A DNA stretch of 64,000 nucleotides, taken from positions 15,252,001-15,316,000 of the forward strand of contig JBHGNT010000011.1 in the NCBI GenBank assembly GCA_043228905.1. The letters are read 5' to 3'. Below the pieces are notes generated by a model. The model worked only from the letters and a program-made list of their open reading frames with translations, was not told where the DNA came from and ran no database searches. This document shows, piece by piece, positions 1 through 10,800 of this stretch. This stretch comes from Azolla caroliniana. Lineage: Eukaryota; Plantae; Polypodiophyta. The number at the start of each line of letters is the position of its first letter. The stretch's first letter is position 1. Position numbers and translations under genes: made by a program.

Positions 1-792
1 GTATGGCGCGCTCGACGGTTCGAGAATACCCATATCGACTTTCTGCCTCAATAGCTCCATCAACTTCGGGATGTGAGCTCTCGGTACTGGAATCGGCTTG
101 AGATTCCACGGCACATGCGGTACCGTGAATATCACCATCGGCTCCACGATCGTCGGGTCTACGCACCCGATCTCTTCCGGTGAGAATGTGAAGGCTTTCC
201 CGTGCCTTCCGAGCATCCTCCGAAACCGGTCTTCCTCCGCCGGCAGTAGGAACCCGCCCCCACCGATTTTGAGCTCCCGGAGCGTCCCGTCGGTGAAGGT
301 GTGTCCTATGAAGGCCGGATCTCGTATACTGGGGTCCGACGCAACCCCTCTGATCCTGGACTCGCTGCCCTCCGGTAAGGGTGCCGCGACTGGCCTTACC
401 TTCCGGTCCACAGTCTTGTACTTTGTGCTAACTCGGGCCGTCCGATCCGACCCGAGCCCCCGACTGAAGTCCGCGATGACTTCGTACATCTCTTCGGAAC
501 ATACTGGTATCGTCCGGTCTTCGTTAAGGTCTTCTCCGGCAACCTTCCTCAGCATCCCCAAGGTGTCGTCGAAGGAGACCGCCTCCACGGCTCCGCTGAT
601 TTCCTCGTCCGGGCCAAGAACTCCGCACGCTCGAAGTCGCTCTTCCACCCTTGTCTTTTCTCGGCCAACGATGCCGACCATCATACACCCTCCGCTGTCG
701 GAGAAGCAAAATCCCCTACCTATCGTACAATCGTGGGGTCTTTTCCGAGTGTCCGGGCTGTCTCGGCCCCACGCCTTGGCAGCCCTCTCTAA
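1..792 (-). CDS. pol of element A, N-terminal part (-1 frame, partial)
   Basis: Colinear with the start of B pol (TKYKTVDRKVRPVAAPLP ... WNLKPIPVPRAHIPKLMELL ... EPSSAPY). Confidence 0.8.
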
Positions 793-2941
793 AAATCCTC
801 CCGGCTCTCGCCACCGAGGGATTCGCGGTTTCTCTCGTGGTTCGGCCGCACCGTCAAAAATTGCACCGAATGGCGCCCGTCCTGGCTTTTGACCCTCGCG
901 TAGGCCGAACCGTTGTCCAGCACCTTGGTCTCCATTCTTGCCGCCGTGATGTATGGTTCACCTAATATGACCAGATGCGAGGACGTCTCCTGTACGAAGA
1001 AGTGCTGGTCAATCTCAACGTCGCTGATCTTTACTCGCACGTTCGGGCAGGCCCCATGCAGTTCCTCGGTGGCGCGCGTCGCCGCCCGTATCTTCCACCC
1101 GTGCCTGGTGTTGATCGGCCACTTTCCCTTCTTATAGAAGTCCATGGACATTAGGTTTATTTCCGAACCGTGGTCCACCAACGCCACCACCGGTTCCTGA
1201 ACACCTCCGATTTTTACCAGGGTCTCCGTGGTCGCTCGGGCCCAGTGTGGCCTCGAATAGTGGCTCTCCGCCCACTCATCTTCCAGCGCCGAGTCGTCGA
1301 TGTTCGTCGTCCGCACCTCCACCGGTTTTTCCGGTTCCGTCTCCGTCGACAGTCTCTTCCGTTTCACCAAGTCTACAATGGAGTCGTGGAACTCCTTTTG
1401 GCGATCCCTAGCACCTCCCGTACTGACAGCTCCACCTTGCTGTCGAGGATCCGTTCCTCTAGGACCTTTCGTAGGTCCGTAGTCCTTTCAATTTCCGTCC
1501 CTAGTCGGTATCCGCCCTTCCTGGGTTTATCTTGCGAGCTGGACCCACCGGCATCGTTCCGTCGTTGCCCGAATCGGGTCTCGTACCGTTGTGATGGCCC
1601 GGCCGCTCCGGCTTTCCCCACTCGTTTTTCTTCTACCAGAACCTCGTAGTTCCGGCAAGCGGCTTCTACGAAGCCCGTCTTCTCCTCGACCGGATCGCTC
1701 CACCCGGTTATTTCCCGGACCCGTCTCTCAGCACGGTCCGTTTCATCTTTCCTCAGCCGCGCGCCGGCGAGGCCTTCCAGCATTGCCGACCAGAAACCGT
1801 CTTTACTCTCCTTTCGGGCCTCGCTGCCCCCGACCTGAATACCGGCTGACGCCGAGTAGTGGATGGCCTCCACGTGTCGGGCCGCTGCCTCTTCCATCAG
1901 TCTCTTCATACCTCCTCGCCCGTCGTTTCGGCTCAGGGCCCTCCTGGTGTCGCCAGCGTGCACCCGTCCTTCCCACAGGTACACCACCCGGTTTCTCAAC
2001 GCCTCTGCGAAATCGCCGCAATCCTTCCGAATGTGGCCGACCTCGTCGCACCACATGCACCTGTTCCCCGCTGCCGGCCGTCGGTCACGAGCCGGTTCGC
2101 CGCCTTCCCTTCGAGTCTGGGCGATCTGGAGATCCTTTATCCCCCGCGTCAACTCCTCTAGCTCTGCTCCTCCGGACGAGCCATTGACCATGCTGGTCGA
2201 AGCTGGACCGGTTTCGAGCCATTCCCGGGTTTCTTCCCTTCGCACTTGCGGTGCCGGTTCGAGCCTCCTTGCTGTAACAGAGCCCGCACCGGCCGCCCCG
2301 TTGTCAGCCCATTCTCGCCGTTTGTCGAAACGGCCACAGACTCTCTTAACCGCAGCCCAGTCGATTGTCAGCCCGTCTTCGGTTTCCAGCAAGGAGCCGA
2401 CTTGATCCCGGTCCCGCTCGTCCACCGACTTGACGAACAGCAAGACCCGGCTCGTATCCAGAATGGTTCGGTCAAGCGCCGAAAGGCTTGCAAAGCGTTC
2501 TTCGAACTCCCGGAGGAGTGCCGACGCGTTTCTTCCTTTGCCGGGGGACTCCACCCATTCCATGAAGTCCCGTTTCGAAAGCCGGAGCGCGTCGTCCAGC
2601 CCATATTTCTCTAGGAGTCGGCCTTCGAACTCCTCCCAGGTACGGCTCTCCGCCCGTACCTCGAGCACCTCCGCATGGATGCTCAGCATCGCCACTCGAG
2701 GGAACCCGGCAAGACGCCTCTCTTCCGGAATGTCCCGCATCAGCATTTCCGCCCCGTAGGACGCCAAATACTTCGTAGCATCCTTTCCGCTGAAACGGCC
2801 GATCGTACCGACGACCGCCTCAATGGCTCTGTCGAGGGCACCGGTGCCCTCGCGTGTGCTCAATATCCGATCCACGGCCGAAGCCATGGCCTCTGCAAGA
2901 TCCGACCCCTTCATCTTCTGCTCTTCTGCCGCCTCTTTCAC
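789..2941 (-). pseudogene. gag-protease ORF of element A, broken by a 1-bp deletion near 1397
   Basis: CCHC knuckle CMWCDEVGHIRKDC; protease LVDHGSEIN; reads GIAKRSSTTPL* where B has GIAKKEFHDSIVD (gccaaaaggag vs gccaagaaggag). Confidence 0.85.
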
Positions 2942-2954
2942 GTCGGGTTCACCA
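2937..2954 (-). promoter_or_regulatory. Primer binding site for tRNA-Trp (element A)
   Basis: Plus strand reads TTCACGTCGGGTTCACCA, the 3' end of plant cytosolic tRNA-Trp(CCA) as recalled. Confidence 0.85.
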
Positions 2955-2958
2955 AATA

Positions 2959-3598
2959 TGTCGAGGTATTCCTCGCGGATGCGTGGAGTGAGGCGGGACC
3001 TCGGGGGTCCTGTACCGAAGAGTAAGAGAGGGAGAGAGAGAGACCCACTACGTGCGAGCGTAGATTCACAGGGACACGGCCCTTCGACGCAAAGACGCGA
3101 ATGGGACATCGACACAAAAAGACACGAAAGTATGTATGTATTGACAAGACAAACAACAAGAACACGAAGACAACGAACACGAAGTCGGTTACAACCGAAC
3201 AGGCCGGCGGACAGATGTCGATGCCTGTTCGTAAACGTACAGAAAGACAGGAACAGGTTGGAGGTGCTGCCGGAAGCACTCGGGCATTCCTCAGAGCAGC
3301 ACGAGCCTCCCGAAACCTGCACAGAAGGAAGCTATGGAGTCTGCGAACCAGAGAGAGAGAGAGAGAGAAGCCTTCGCGCCCAATCCGACAGCACTTCGTC
3401 CTCGACTCTCCGCTATCCCACCTACTCTCCTCGTCTCCCTCCTTTTTATAGGCAAGGAAGGAGCCGTTTCCCCTTTACTCCCTACCTACCGAATCTACCT
3501 AGGATCTCCTATGTACAACTTAAGGCGCACGTGCATGAAGAGTCGGTTTCTACGCTCCGGTACACCGATTCCGCTTGTGGACGGTTTTCTTCACGACA
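2959..3598 (-). repeat. 5' LTR of element A (640 bp, TG...CA)
   Basis: Terminal TG/CA; TATA box CCTATAAAAAG near 3441-3452; shares termini and R/U5 motifs with LTR B; 4 nt from the PBS. Confidence 0.88.
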
Positions 3599-4816
3599 AC
3601 GTTCCTGCGCGGCTTCCTCCAGTAGCGTTGTTCTTTCAGCCCATTCTTCAGCTAGCGTTGTCTCGGCTCGATGAACTTCCTGTCGGAGCTCTGCCATCTT
3701 CTCCTGCTGCTTCTTATGCTCCATATCTAGGTGCTTATAGTCTCGGTGCAGCTGCTCAAAATCATCGGTCTTCTACTTCAGCTTCTGGTTGAGTTGCTGG
3801 CGAGCGCGGTCTTCCCGATTTTTCTGTTGACGGAGTTCTTCTTTAAGTCTTTCAATCTCTGTTTCCGCCATCCGTTGCAACTTATCCTTTATTTGCAGCA
3901 CTTTTTCTTTCTCCTCCTTAAGCCGGTCATATGCCTGATGTCCTTTCCGCAGATTCTCTTCTGCCCGGCGGAGGTTCTCAGCAGTCTTTCTTTGTTCTTC
4001 TTCTGCTGCTTTCTTCAAGTCCCTTTCTCGGGTGCATAATGCTTCTTGTGAGACCAGTTCACCTTCCAATTCGGCAACCTCTTTTGCTTGCGCCGCCACT
4101 GTCTCCGGGATTGGTTCCGTCTCCGGGGTCTTATTGCTATGTACAGGTGTTGGTGTGTCTTTATTCTGTACATCTACCGGAGTCACCGGTGCTTGGATCT
4201 GTGGTTCGGTTAAGGCCATTTTGGCCAATTCTTTTGTGGCCAGGTCCAAGTCTTGTTCTAGGTTCCGGATCCTCGACCGGGCCGTCTCTAGTTCTCCGGT
4301 TGTGACTAGCAACCGGTCCATCTGCACTTTCTCTTCCTCCTCTATGTAGTGCATCACTCCGGCAATCTGTTCTCCAATCCACCGGAGCCATTGGCTGCCA
4401 TTACCCTATTGTTGTGTCTGCACAGAGGGTTGGCTACTAGTTCCGCTAGCCAATGGTCGGTCCTGTCCGGTTGCGTCGAGCTGCAACTTTGTCTCTGGTT
4501 GGTGACCACTTTGTCATTCTGGTTCCGGTTGCACCTCCGTTGGCCGCTCCGCCTCTGATTGCGCTTGACCTGCCGGTGCGGGAGGCAACTGTACTACTGG
4601 CGCTTGAATTTCAAGTCTTGCCGTATCTTGACCCGCTGGTATAGCTTGTTGTGCAGGGAGCTCTGTGACCGGTTCTGTCCGAACCAGTTCCAGTTCCACC
4701 CTTGGTGTGGGATGCTCAGTGCGGGGTAGAGGCGTTCCATCCTTCTTTGGGTCCGAACCCTCCCCAACCTGTTCTGCGGTGTTTGCCTTCTGGAGCCTCT
4801 GGACGTGCTCTAACGG
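3599..4816 (-). pseudogene. Extra ORF of element C, C-terminal coiled-coil part
   Basis: ORF pieces 4514-4858, 3773-4357, 3509-3724 are E/K/R/Q-rich with heptad character and separated by stops. Confidence 0.5.
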
Positions 4817-5620
4817 TGTCGTGAAGAAAACCGTCCATAGGCGGAATCGGCGCACCAAGGCGTGGGAACCGGTTCTTCACGCGCGCACGCTCCGAGTTGT
4901 ACATAGAAACGAATTGAGAGGATAATCGGCAGGAACGGGCCCTAACTCAAGTGGAGACAAAGACCGCGCGAACAGTCTTTTCGGTCGCGCGCGCGAACTG
5001 TACGAGTCGGCGGCGTAACTACGCGGATCCGTGAAAAACGGAGCGGATCCCTGTCCAAAAGGGACAGGGAATAAAGCTGACACGACGGCCTGTTCGTCGG
5101 CCTATATAAGGAGCGGGAAAGAGCTGTTGCAGGGATCTGGCGCGGAGAGGACGAAGTGCTGTCGGACCGTTTCTGGACGCTTCGCTCTCTCTGTTTCCTT
5201 CCTTCTTGAGCTCCAAAGCTTTCTGTGCAGGGTTCCGGGGAGGCTCGCGCTGTTTCGAGGAACGCCCGAGTGCTTCCGGCAGCACCTCCGACCTGCTACC
5301 CCCCCCCCATTTCCCCGTTTGTGCGTCGAAGCGAACAGGCATCGGCATCTGTTCGCCGGCCTGTTCGGTTGCAACCAACCTGTGCCCCATCGGGGGTTGT
5401 AGTCGTGTTAGCCATTTTTTTTGTTAATACACATATTTAGTCATTCGCATCCGTCTGTGTCGGTGTCTGTTCGCGTTCTCCGTGCTAAAGGGCCGTGTCC
5501 CTGTGTATCCCCGGTCCTGCGTAGCCGGTTCTCTCTCTTTCTCCTCCCTCGCTTGCTCTTTGGTTCGAGACCCCCGCGGTCCCGCCTCTATTCCACACGC
5601 ACTTGCGTAATATCTCTACA
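4817..5620 (+). repeat. 5' LTR of element B
   Basis: TGTCGTG...CTCTACA; direct repeat of 11351-12154 (offset 6534); TATA box CCTATATAAG at 5101-5110. Confidence 0.96.
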
Positions 5621-5624
5621 TCTT

Positions 5625-5642
5625 TGGTGAACCCGACGTGAA
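5625..5642 (+). promoter_or_regulatory. Primer binding site for tRNA-Trp (element B)
   Basis: TGGTGAACCCGACGTGAA, 4 nt after the LTR end; 18-nt complement of the plant tRNA-Trp 3' end. Confidence 0.87.
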
Positions 5643-7791
5643 AGAGGCGGCAGAAGAGCAGAAGATGAGGGGGTCGGATCTCGCAGAGGCCATGGCTTCG
5701 GCCGTGGATCGGATCGTAAACGCGCGCGAGGGTACCGGTGCCCTCGACAGAGCTATTGAGGCGGTCGTCGGCACGATCGGCCGGTTCGATGGGAGGGATG
5801 CCACGAAGTATCTGGCGTCCTACGGTGCAGAAATGTTGATGCGGGACATTCCGGAAGAAAGGCGTCTTGCCGGTTTTCCCCGAGTGGCAATGCCGAGCAT
5901 CCATGCGGAGGTGCTCGAGGTGCGGGCGGAGAGCCGTACCTGGGAGAAGTTCGAAGGTCGGCTCCTAGAGAAATACGGGCTGGACGACGCGCTCCGGCTT
6001 TCGAAGCGAAGGTTCATGGAATGGGTGGAGTCCCCGGGGAAGGGAAGAAACGCGTCGGCACTCCTCCGGGAGTTCGAGGAAAACTTTGCGCGCCTTTCGG
6101 CGCTCGACCGAACCATCCTGGACACGAGCCGGGTCTTGCTGTTTGTCAAGTCGGTCGACGAGCGGGATCGGGAGCAAGTGGGCCTCTTGCTGGAAACCGA
6201 AGACGGGCTCACTACCGACTGGGCGGCTGTCAGGAAGGTCTGTGGCCGTTTCGACAAACGGCGAGAATGGGCGGACAACGGGGCGACTGGGTCGGGCTCG
6301 GTCGCAGCAAGGAAGCTCGAACCAGCGCCACAGGTGCGCAAGGAAGAGACCCGGGAGTGGTTGGAAACCGGTTCGGCTTCGACCGGCGTGGTCAGAGGCT
6401 CAACCGGAGGAGCGGCGCTGGAGGAATTGACGAAGGCGATAAAGGACCTCCAAATCGCGCAGGCCCGAAGGGAAGGAGGCGAACCGGCTCGTGACCGACG
6501 GCCGGCGGCAGGAAACAGGTGCATGTGGTGCGATGAAGTCGGCCACGTTCGGAAGGACTGCGGCGACTTCGCGGAGGCGCTGAGGGACCGGGTGGTGTAC
6601 CTGTGGGAAGGACGGGTGCATGCCAGCGACACCCGAAGGGCCCTGAGCCGAAACGACGGAAAGGGTGGTATGAAAAGGTTGATGGAAGAGGCGGCGGCCC
6701 GACACGCGGAAACCGTCCACTACTCGGCGTCGGCCGGCATTCGAGTCGGGGGCGGCGAGGCCCGAAAGGAAAGCAAAGCCGGATTCTGGCCGACGATGCT
6801 GGAAGGCCTTGCCGGTGCAGGGCTTAAAAGGGAGGAATCGGACCGTGCGGAGAAACGGGTACGGGAGATGACCGGGTGGAGCGACCCGGTCGAGGAAAGG
6901 ACGGGCTTCGTGGAAGCCGCTTGCCGGAACTACGAGGCTCTGGTAGAAGAGAAGCGGGTGGGAAAACCCGGGACGACCGGGCCCTCACAACGATACGAGA
7001 CCCGGTCCGGGCCACGACGGGACGAAGCCGGCAGGGCCGGTACGCAAGATAAACCCCAGAAGGGCGGGTACCGTCTGGGGACGGAGATAGAAAGAACCAC
7101 GGACTTACGAAAGGTCCTGGAGGAACGGATCCTCGACAGCAAGGTGGAGCTGTCGCTACGGGAGGTGCTTGGAATCGCCAAGAAGGAGTTCCACGACTCC
7201 ATCGTGGACTTGGTGAAACGGAAGAGGCTGTCAACGGAGACAGAACCGGAAAGACCGGTGGAAGTGCGGACGACGCACCTAGACGACATGGCGCTGGGAG
7301 ACGAGTGGGCGGAAAGCCACTATTCGAGACCGCACTGGGCCCGAGCGACCACGGAAACCCCGGTGAAGATCGGCGATGTCCAGGAACCGGTGATAGCTTT
7401 GGTGGACCACGGATCGGAGATCAATTTGATGTCCATGGACTTCTATAAGAAGGGCAAATGGCCGATCAACACCAAGCACGGGTGGAAAATAAGGGCAGCA
7501 ACGCGCGCCACCGAGGAACTGCACGGGGCCTGTCCGAATGTGCGAGTCAAGATCGGCGACGTCGAGATTGACCAGCACTTCTTCGTGCAGGAGACGTCTT
7601 CGCATCCGGTCATACTGGGAGAGCCGTACATCACGGCGGCGCGAATGGAGACCAAGGTGCTGGACAATGGTTCGGCCTATGCGCGGGTCAAGAGCCAGGA
7701 CGGCCGCCATTCGGTCCAGTTTTTGACGGTTAGGCCGAACCACGAGCGTAACCGCGACTCCCTCGGTTCCGATAACCGAGAGGATTTTTAG
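5638..7791 (+). CDS. gag: Gag-protease polyprotein (ORF1; first ATG probably 5665)
   Basis: 717-aa ORF; CX2CX4HX4C knuckle CMWCDEVGHVRKDC; aspartic protease ALVDHGSEIN ... ILGEPY; ends EDF*. Confidence 0.92.
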   Translation: MKEAAEEQKMRGSDLAEAMASAVDRIVNAREGTGALDRAIEAVVGTIGRFDGRDATKYLASYGAEMLMRDIPEERRLAGFPRVAMPSIHAEVLEVRAESRTWEKFEGRLLEKYGLDDALRLSKRRFMEWVESPGKGRNASALLREFEENFARLSALDRTILDTSRVLLFVKSVDERDREQVGLLLETEDGLTTDWAAVRKVCGRFDKRREWADNGATGSGSVAARKLEPAPQVRKEETREWLETGSASTGVVRGSTGGAALEELTKAIKDLQIAQARREGGEPARDRRPAAGNRCMWCDEVGHVRKDCGDFAEALRDRVVYLWEGRVHASDTRRALSRNDGKGGMKRLMEEAAARHAETVHYSASAGIRVGGGEARKESKAGFWPTMLEGLAGAGLKREESDRAEKRVREMTGWSDPVEERTGFVEAACRNYEALVEEKRVGKPGTTGPSQRYETRSGPRRDEAGRAGTQDKPQKGGYRLGTEIERTTDLRKVLEERILDSKVELSLREVLGIAKKEFHDSIVDLVKRKRLSTETEPERPVEVRTTHLDDMALGDEWAESHYSRPHWARATTETPVKIGDVQEPVIALVDHGSEINLMSMDFYKKGKWPINTKHGWKIRAATRATEELHGACPNVRVKIGDVEIDQHFFVQETSSHPVILGEPYITAARMETKVLDNGSAYARVKSQDGRHSVQFLTVRPNHERNRDSLGSDNREDF

Positions 7792-7847
7792 AGAGGGCTG
7801 CCAAGGCGTGGGGCCGCGACAGTCCGGACACCCCCGGAAAACCCCAC
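7782..7847 (+). promoter_or_regulatory. Putative -1 programmed ribosomal frameshift signal (slippery GGATTTT plus pseudoknot)
   Basis: G GAT TTT directly before the TAG; 6-nt spacer; stem GGGCTG(7795-7800)/CAGTCC(7820-7825); loop GTGGGG(7808-7813) complementary to CCCCAC(7842-7847); conserved in A at 732-798. Confidence 0.75.
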
Positions 7848-10800
7848 ACCTGTACGATAAAACCGAAGAAACCTTGTACCATAGGTAGGGAATTTTTGTT
7901 CTCCGACAACGGAGCGTGTGCGATGGTCGGCATCGCCGGCCGAGAGAAAACAAAGACGGAGGCGAGACTTCGAGCGTGCGGAGTTCTCGGCCCGGACGAG
8001 GAAATCAACGGAGCCGTGGAGGCGGTCTCATTCGACGACACCTTGGGAATGCTGGGAAAGGTAGTCGAAGAAGGCCTTAACGACGACCGGACGATACCGG
8101 TGTGTTCCGAGGAGATGTACGAAGTCATCGCGGACTTCGGTCGAGGGCTCGAGTCAGTTCGGACGGCCCACGTAAACACCAAGTACAAGACTGTGGACCG
8201 GAAGGTAAGGCCAGTAGCGGCACCCTTACCGGAGGACAGCGCGTCGAGAATCAAAGGGGTTGCATCAGACCCTAGTCTACGAGATCCGGCCTGCATAGGG
8301 CACACCTTCACTGACGAGACGCTCCGAGAGCTCAAAATCGGTGGGGGCGGGTTCCTACTGCCGGCGGAGGAAGACCGGTTTCGGAGAATGCTCGGAAGGC
8401 ACGGGAAAGCCTTCGCATTCTCGCCGGAGGAAATCGGGTGCGTTGACCCGACGATCGTGGAGCCGATGGTGATATTCATGGTACCGCATGTACCATGGAA
8501 TCTCAAGCCAATCCCGGTTCCGAGAGCTCACATCCCGAAGTTGATGGAGCTGCTGAGGCAGAAAGTTGATATGGGAATTCTCGAGCCGTCGAGCGCCCCA
8601 TATTCGAATCGATGGTTTACCGTACCGAAGAAAAACGGTTCGCTGCGCTTCATCCAGGACCTGCAGCCGGTCAATCGAGTGACCATTCGGAACGCAGGAA
8701 TCGGACCGACCATAGACGAGTTCGCGGAGGCCTTCGCCGGAAGGTCAATTTACTCGGTCGGGGATCTATACTCAGGGTACGACCAGTTCCAGCTGGCCGT
8801 GGAGAGCAGAGACCTTACGACGATGCGAACTCCCCTCGGCCTAGTTCGGATGTGTACACTGCCGCAAGGAGGGACCAACTCGGTGGCCCACATGGTGAAT
8901 GCGATGAACAAGGTTCTGAGGGACTGTGTCCCGGACATTACCATGCCGTTTCTGGACGACATCCCGATCAAGGGATGCCCGGTGGAAGAAAAGGACGAGA
9001 CGATCGGGCCGGACGGATGCCGGCGATTCGTGGCGACGCACGTCGACGACTGCGAGAAGGTGCTGCAAAGGCTAGAGGATGCGAGACTCACCTTCTCCGG
9101 GGAGAAGTCGGCCTTCGGGCAGTCAGAAATCATGGTGGTCGGACACCTGTGCGGACCATATGGCCGGAAACCGTCTCCGGCGAAGGTAGAAGCCATCTCC
9201 GCGATGAAGCCCGACTGCAGCTCGGTCACGGAAGTACGGAGATTCCTGGGGGCATGCGCGTTCTACCACATATGGATCCCGCATTACGCACACGTCGCGG
9301 AGCCACTGTACGGGTTGCTGAAAAAGGGGCGAAGGTTCGAATGGCTAGACAAGCACGCGGAATCGGTCCGGAAGCTGAAAGAGGCCCTTGCAGCGGCACC
9401 GGCACTCCGGAAGGCGGTTTACGGGAAGGGTACCCCGGTATTCATAACGGTGGATACCAGTCCGACCGGGATCGGATGGGTCGTGAACCAGGAAGACGAG
9501 GACGGCAATCGGTTTCCGATCCGATTCGGCGCGAAAGTCCTCAGTGAACGGCAGCGAGGATACGCCCAGGTTAAACGCGAACTCTGGGGTATTGTTTCGG
9601 CGGTTAAGGCCGACAAAGACTACCTGATAGGGACGGAAGTGATCATCGAGACGGATTGCCTGCCGATTCTCGGTATGGTTTCCGGATGCGCGACTCCGGA
9701 CCTGGCGATGCTCAGGTGGATAGCGTACATCAAGTCCCTGGACCCGGAAATACGACACATTTCCGGGAAAGACAACGCCATGGCCGACATGCTTTCGAGG
9801 GCGAGGTTCGACGACGAGGGCGGCATGGTTTCGGAAGACGAAGAAGTCGGCGTGGATTTCTTCGAGGCGGCATACATAACGACCGACGGGGTGAGCACTC
9901 CGGCGCTTAACGAGTTCGACGCGAGCAAGTACGACGGGGAATGGCTGCAGATCGGCGGGTTTTTGAAGACGATGACGCCCGATGCGTCATGGACGAAGGA
10001 CGAGGCCAACCGGATCCGGAAGAAAGCATATCGATTCTTTCTCCGAGATGGGCATCTATGGAAACACCCGAAGAAGAGGGACGGCGTCCCGCTCCGAGTG
10101 GTGGCGATGAAGGAAGAACAGGAGGAACTGCTGACGGCCTACCACGACAGCCCTTGGGCTGGACACCGTGGAACATGGGCTACGTTTGAGAAACTAAAGG
10201 GGAAGTATTGGTGGCCGGGGCAGTACCGGGACGTGCATCGGTTCGTGACAACTTGCGGGAGCTGTCAGATGCACTCCATAGTCCGACATCGGGACGAGCT
10301 TCACCCCACGTACCCTCCGACCATCCACTTCAAATGGATGGTAGATCTGGTGACGATGCCAATGGGGGTAGGACAGATGCGGTACCTGGTCCTAGCGCGG
10401 GAGGATCTGACGAACCAAGTGGAAGGCCGGGCCCTTCCAAACAAAACGACCGCGGCCGTATGCCGGTTCCTAATCGAGGACGTGATATGCCGGTACGGGT
10501 GCGTCGGGAAGATCGTGGCTGACCGAGGGGAGTTGGACGCCGAAGAAGCCGCGGAGCTGTTCGACCGGCTGGGAGTCCAGCTCTCGCTCACCACTGCGTA
10601 CAATCCGGAGGCGAATGGAAAGGTGGAGCGCGGACACGGACCGATCGTCAAGGCGTTGGTTCGGGCATGCGGAGGCCGAGCCGGTGACTGGCCGCGGCTG
10701 CTACCTTATGCTTTGTGGGCAGACCGGACCACGCACAGTTCGGTAACCGGGTACATGCCGACGGAGCTCATGTTCGGCCAGACGCCGATCATGCCGATTG

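Larger units (their letters stand above)
1..3598 (-). mobile_element. Ty3/gypsy LTR retrotransposon A (5' part; runs off the window edge), same family as element B
   Basis: 5' LTR 2959-3598 starts TGTCGTGAAGAAAACCGTCC on the minus strand like LTR B; PBS 2937-2954; gag-PR ORFs 1373-3322 and 789-1370 closely match B ORF1; pol begins below 790. Confidence 0.93.

Noticed and set aside
2942-3322. Apparent N-terminal extension of A gag through the LTR (649-aa ORF)
   Set aside because: Runs through U5 and the PBS; the same frame is closed in B (TAA at 5608-5610)
7730-8506. Antisense ORF of about 260 aa opposite pol, also open in A (98-892), plus many other overlapping ORFs in A and B
   Set aside because: In register with the sense codons of GC-rich genes that rarely use TTA/CTA/TCA; no recognisable domain; non-ATG start
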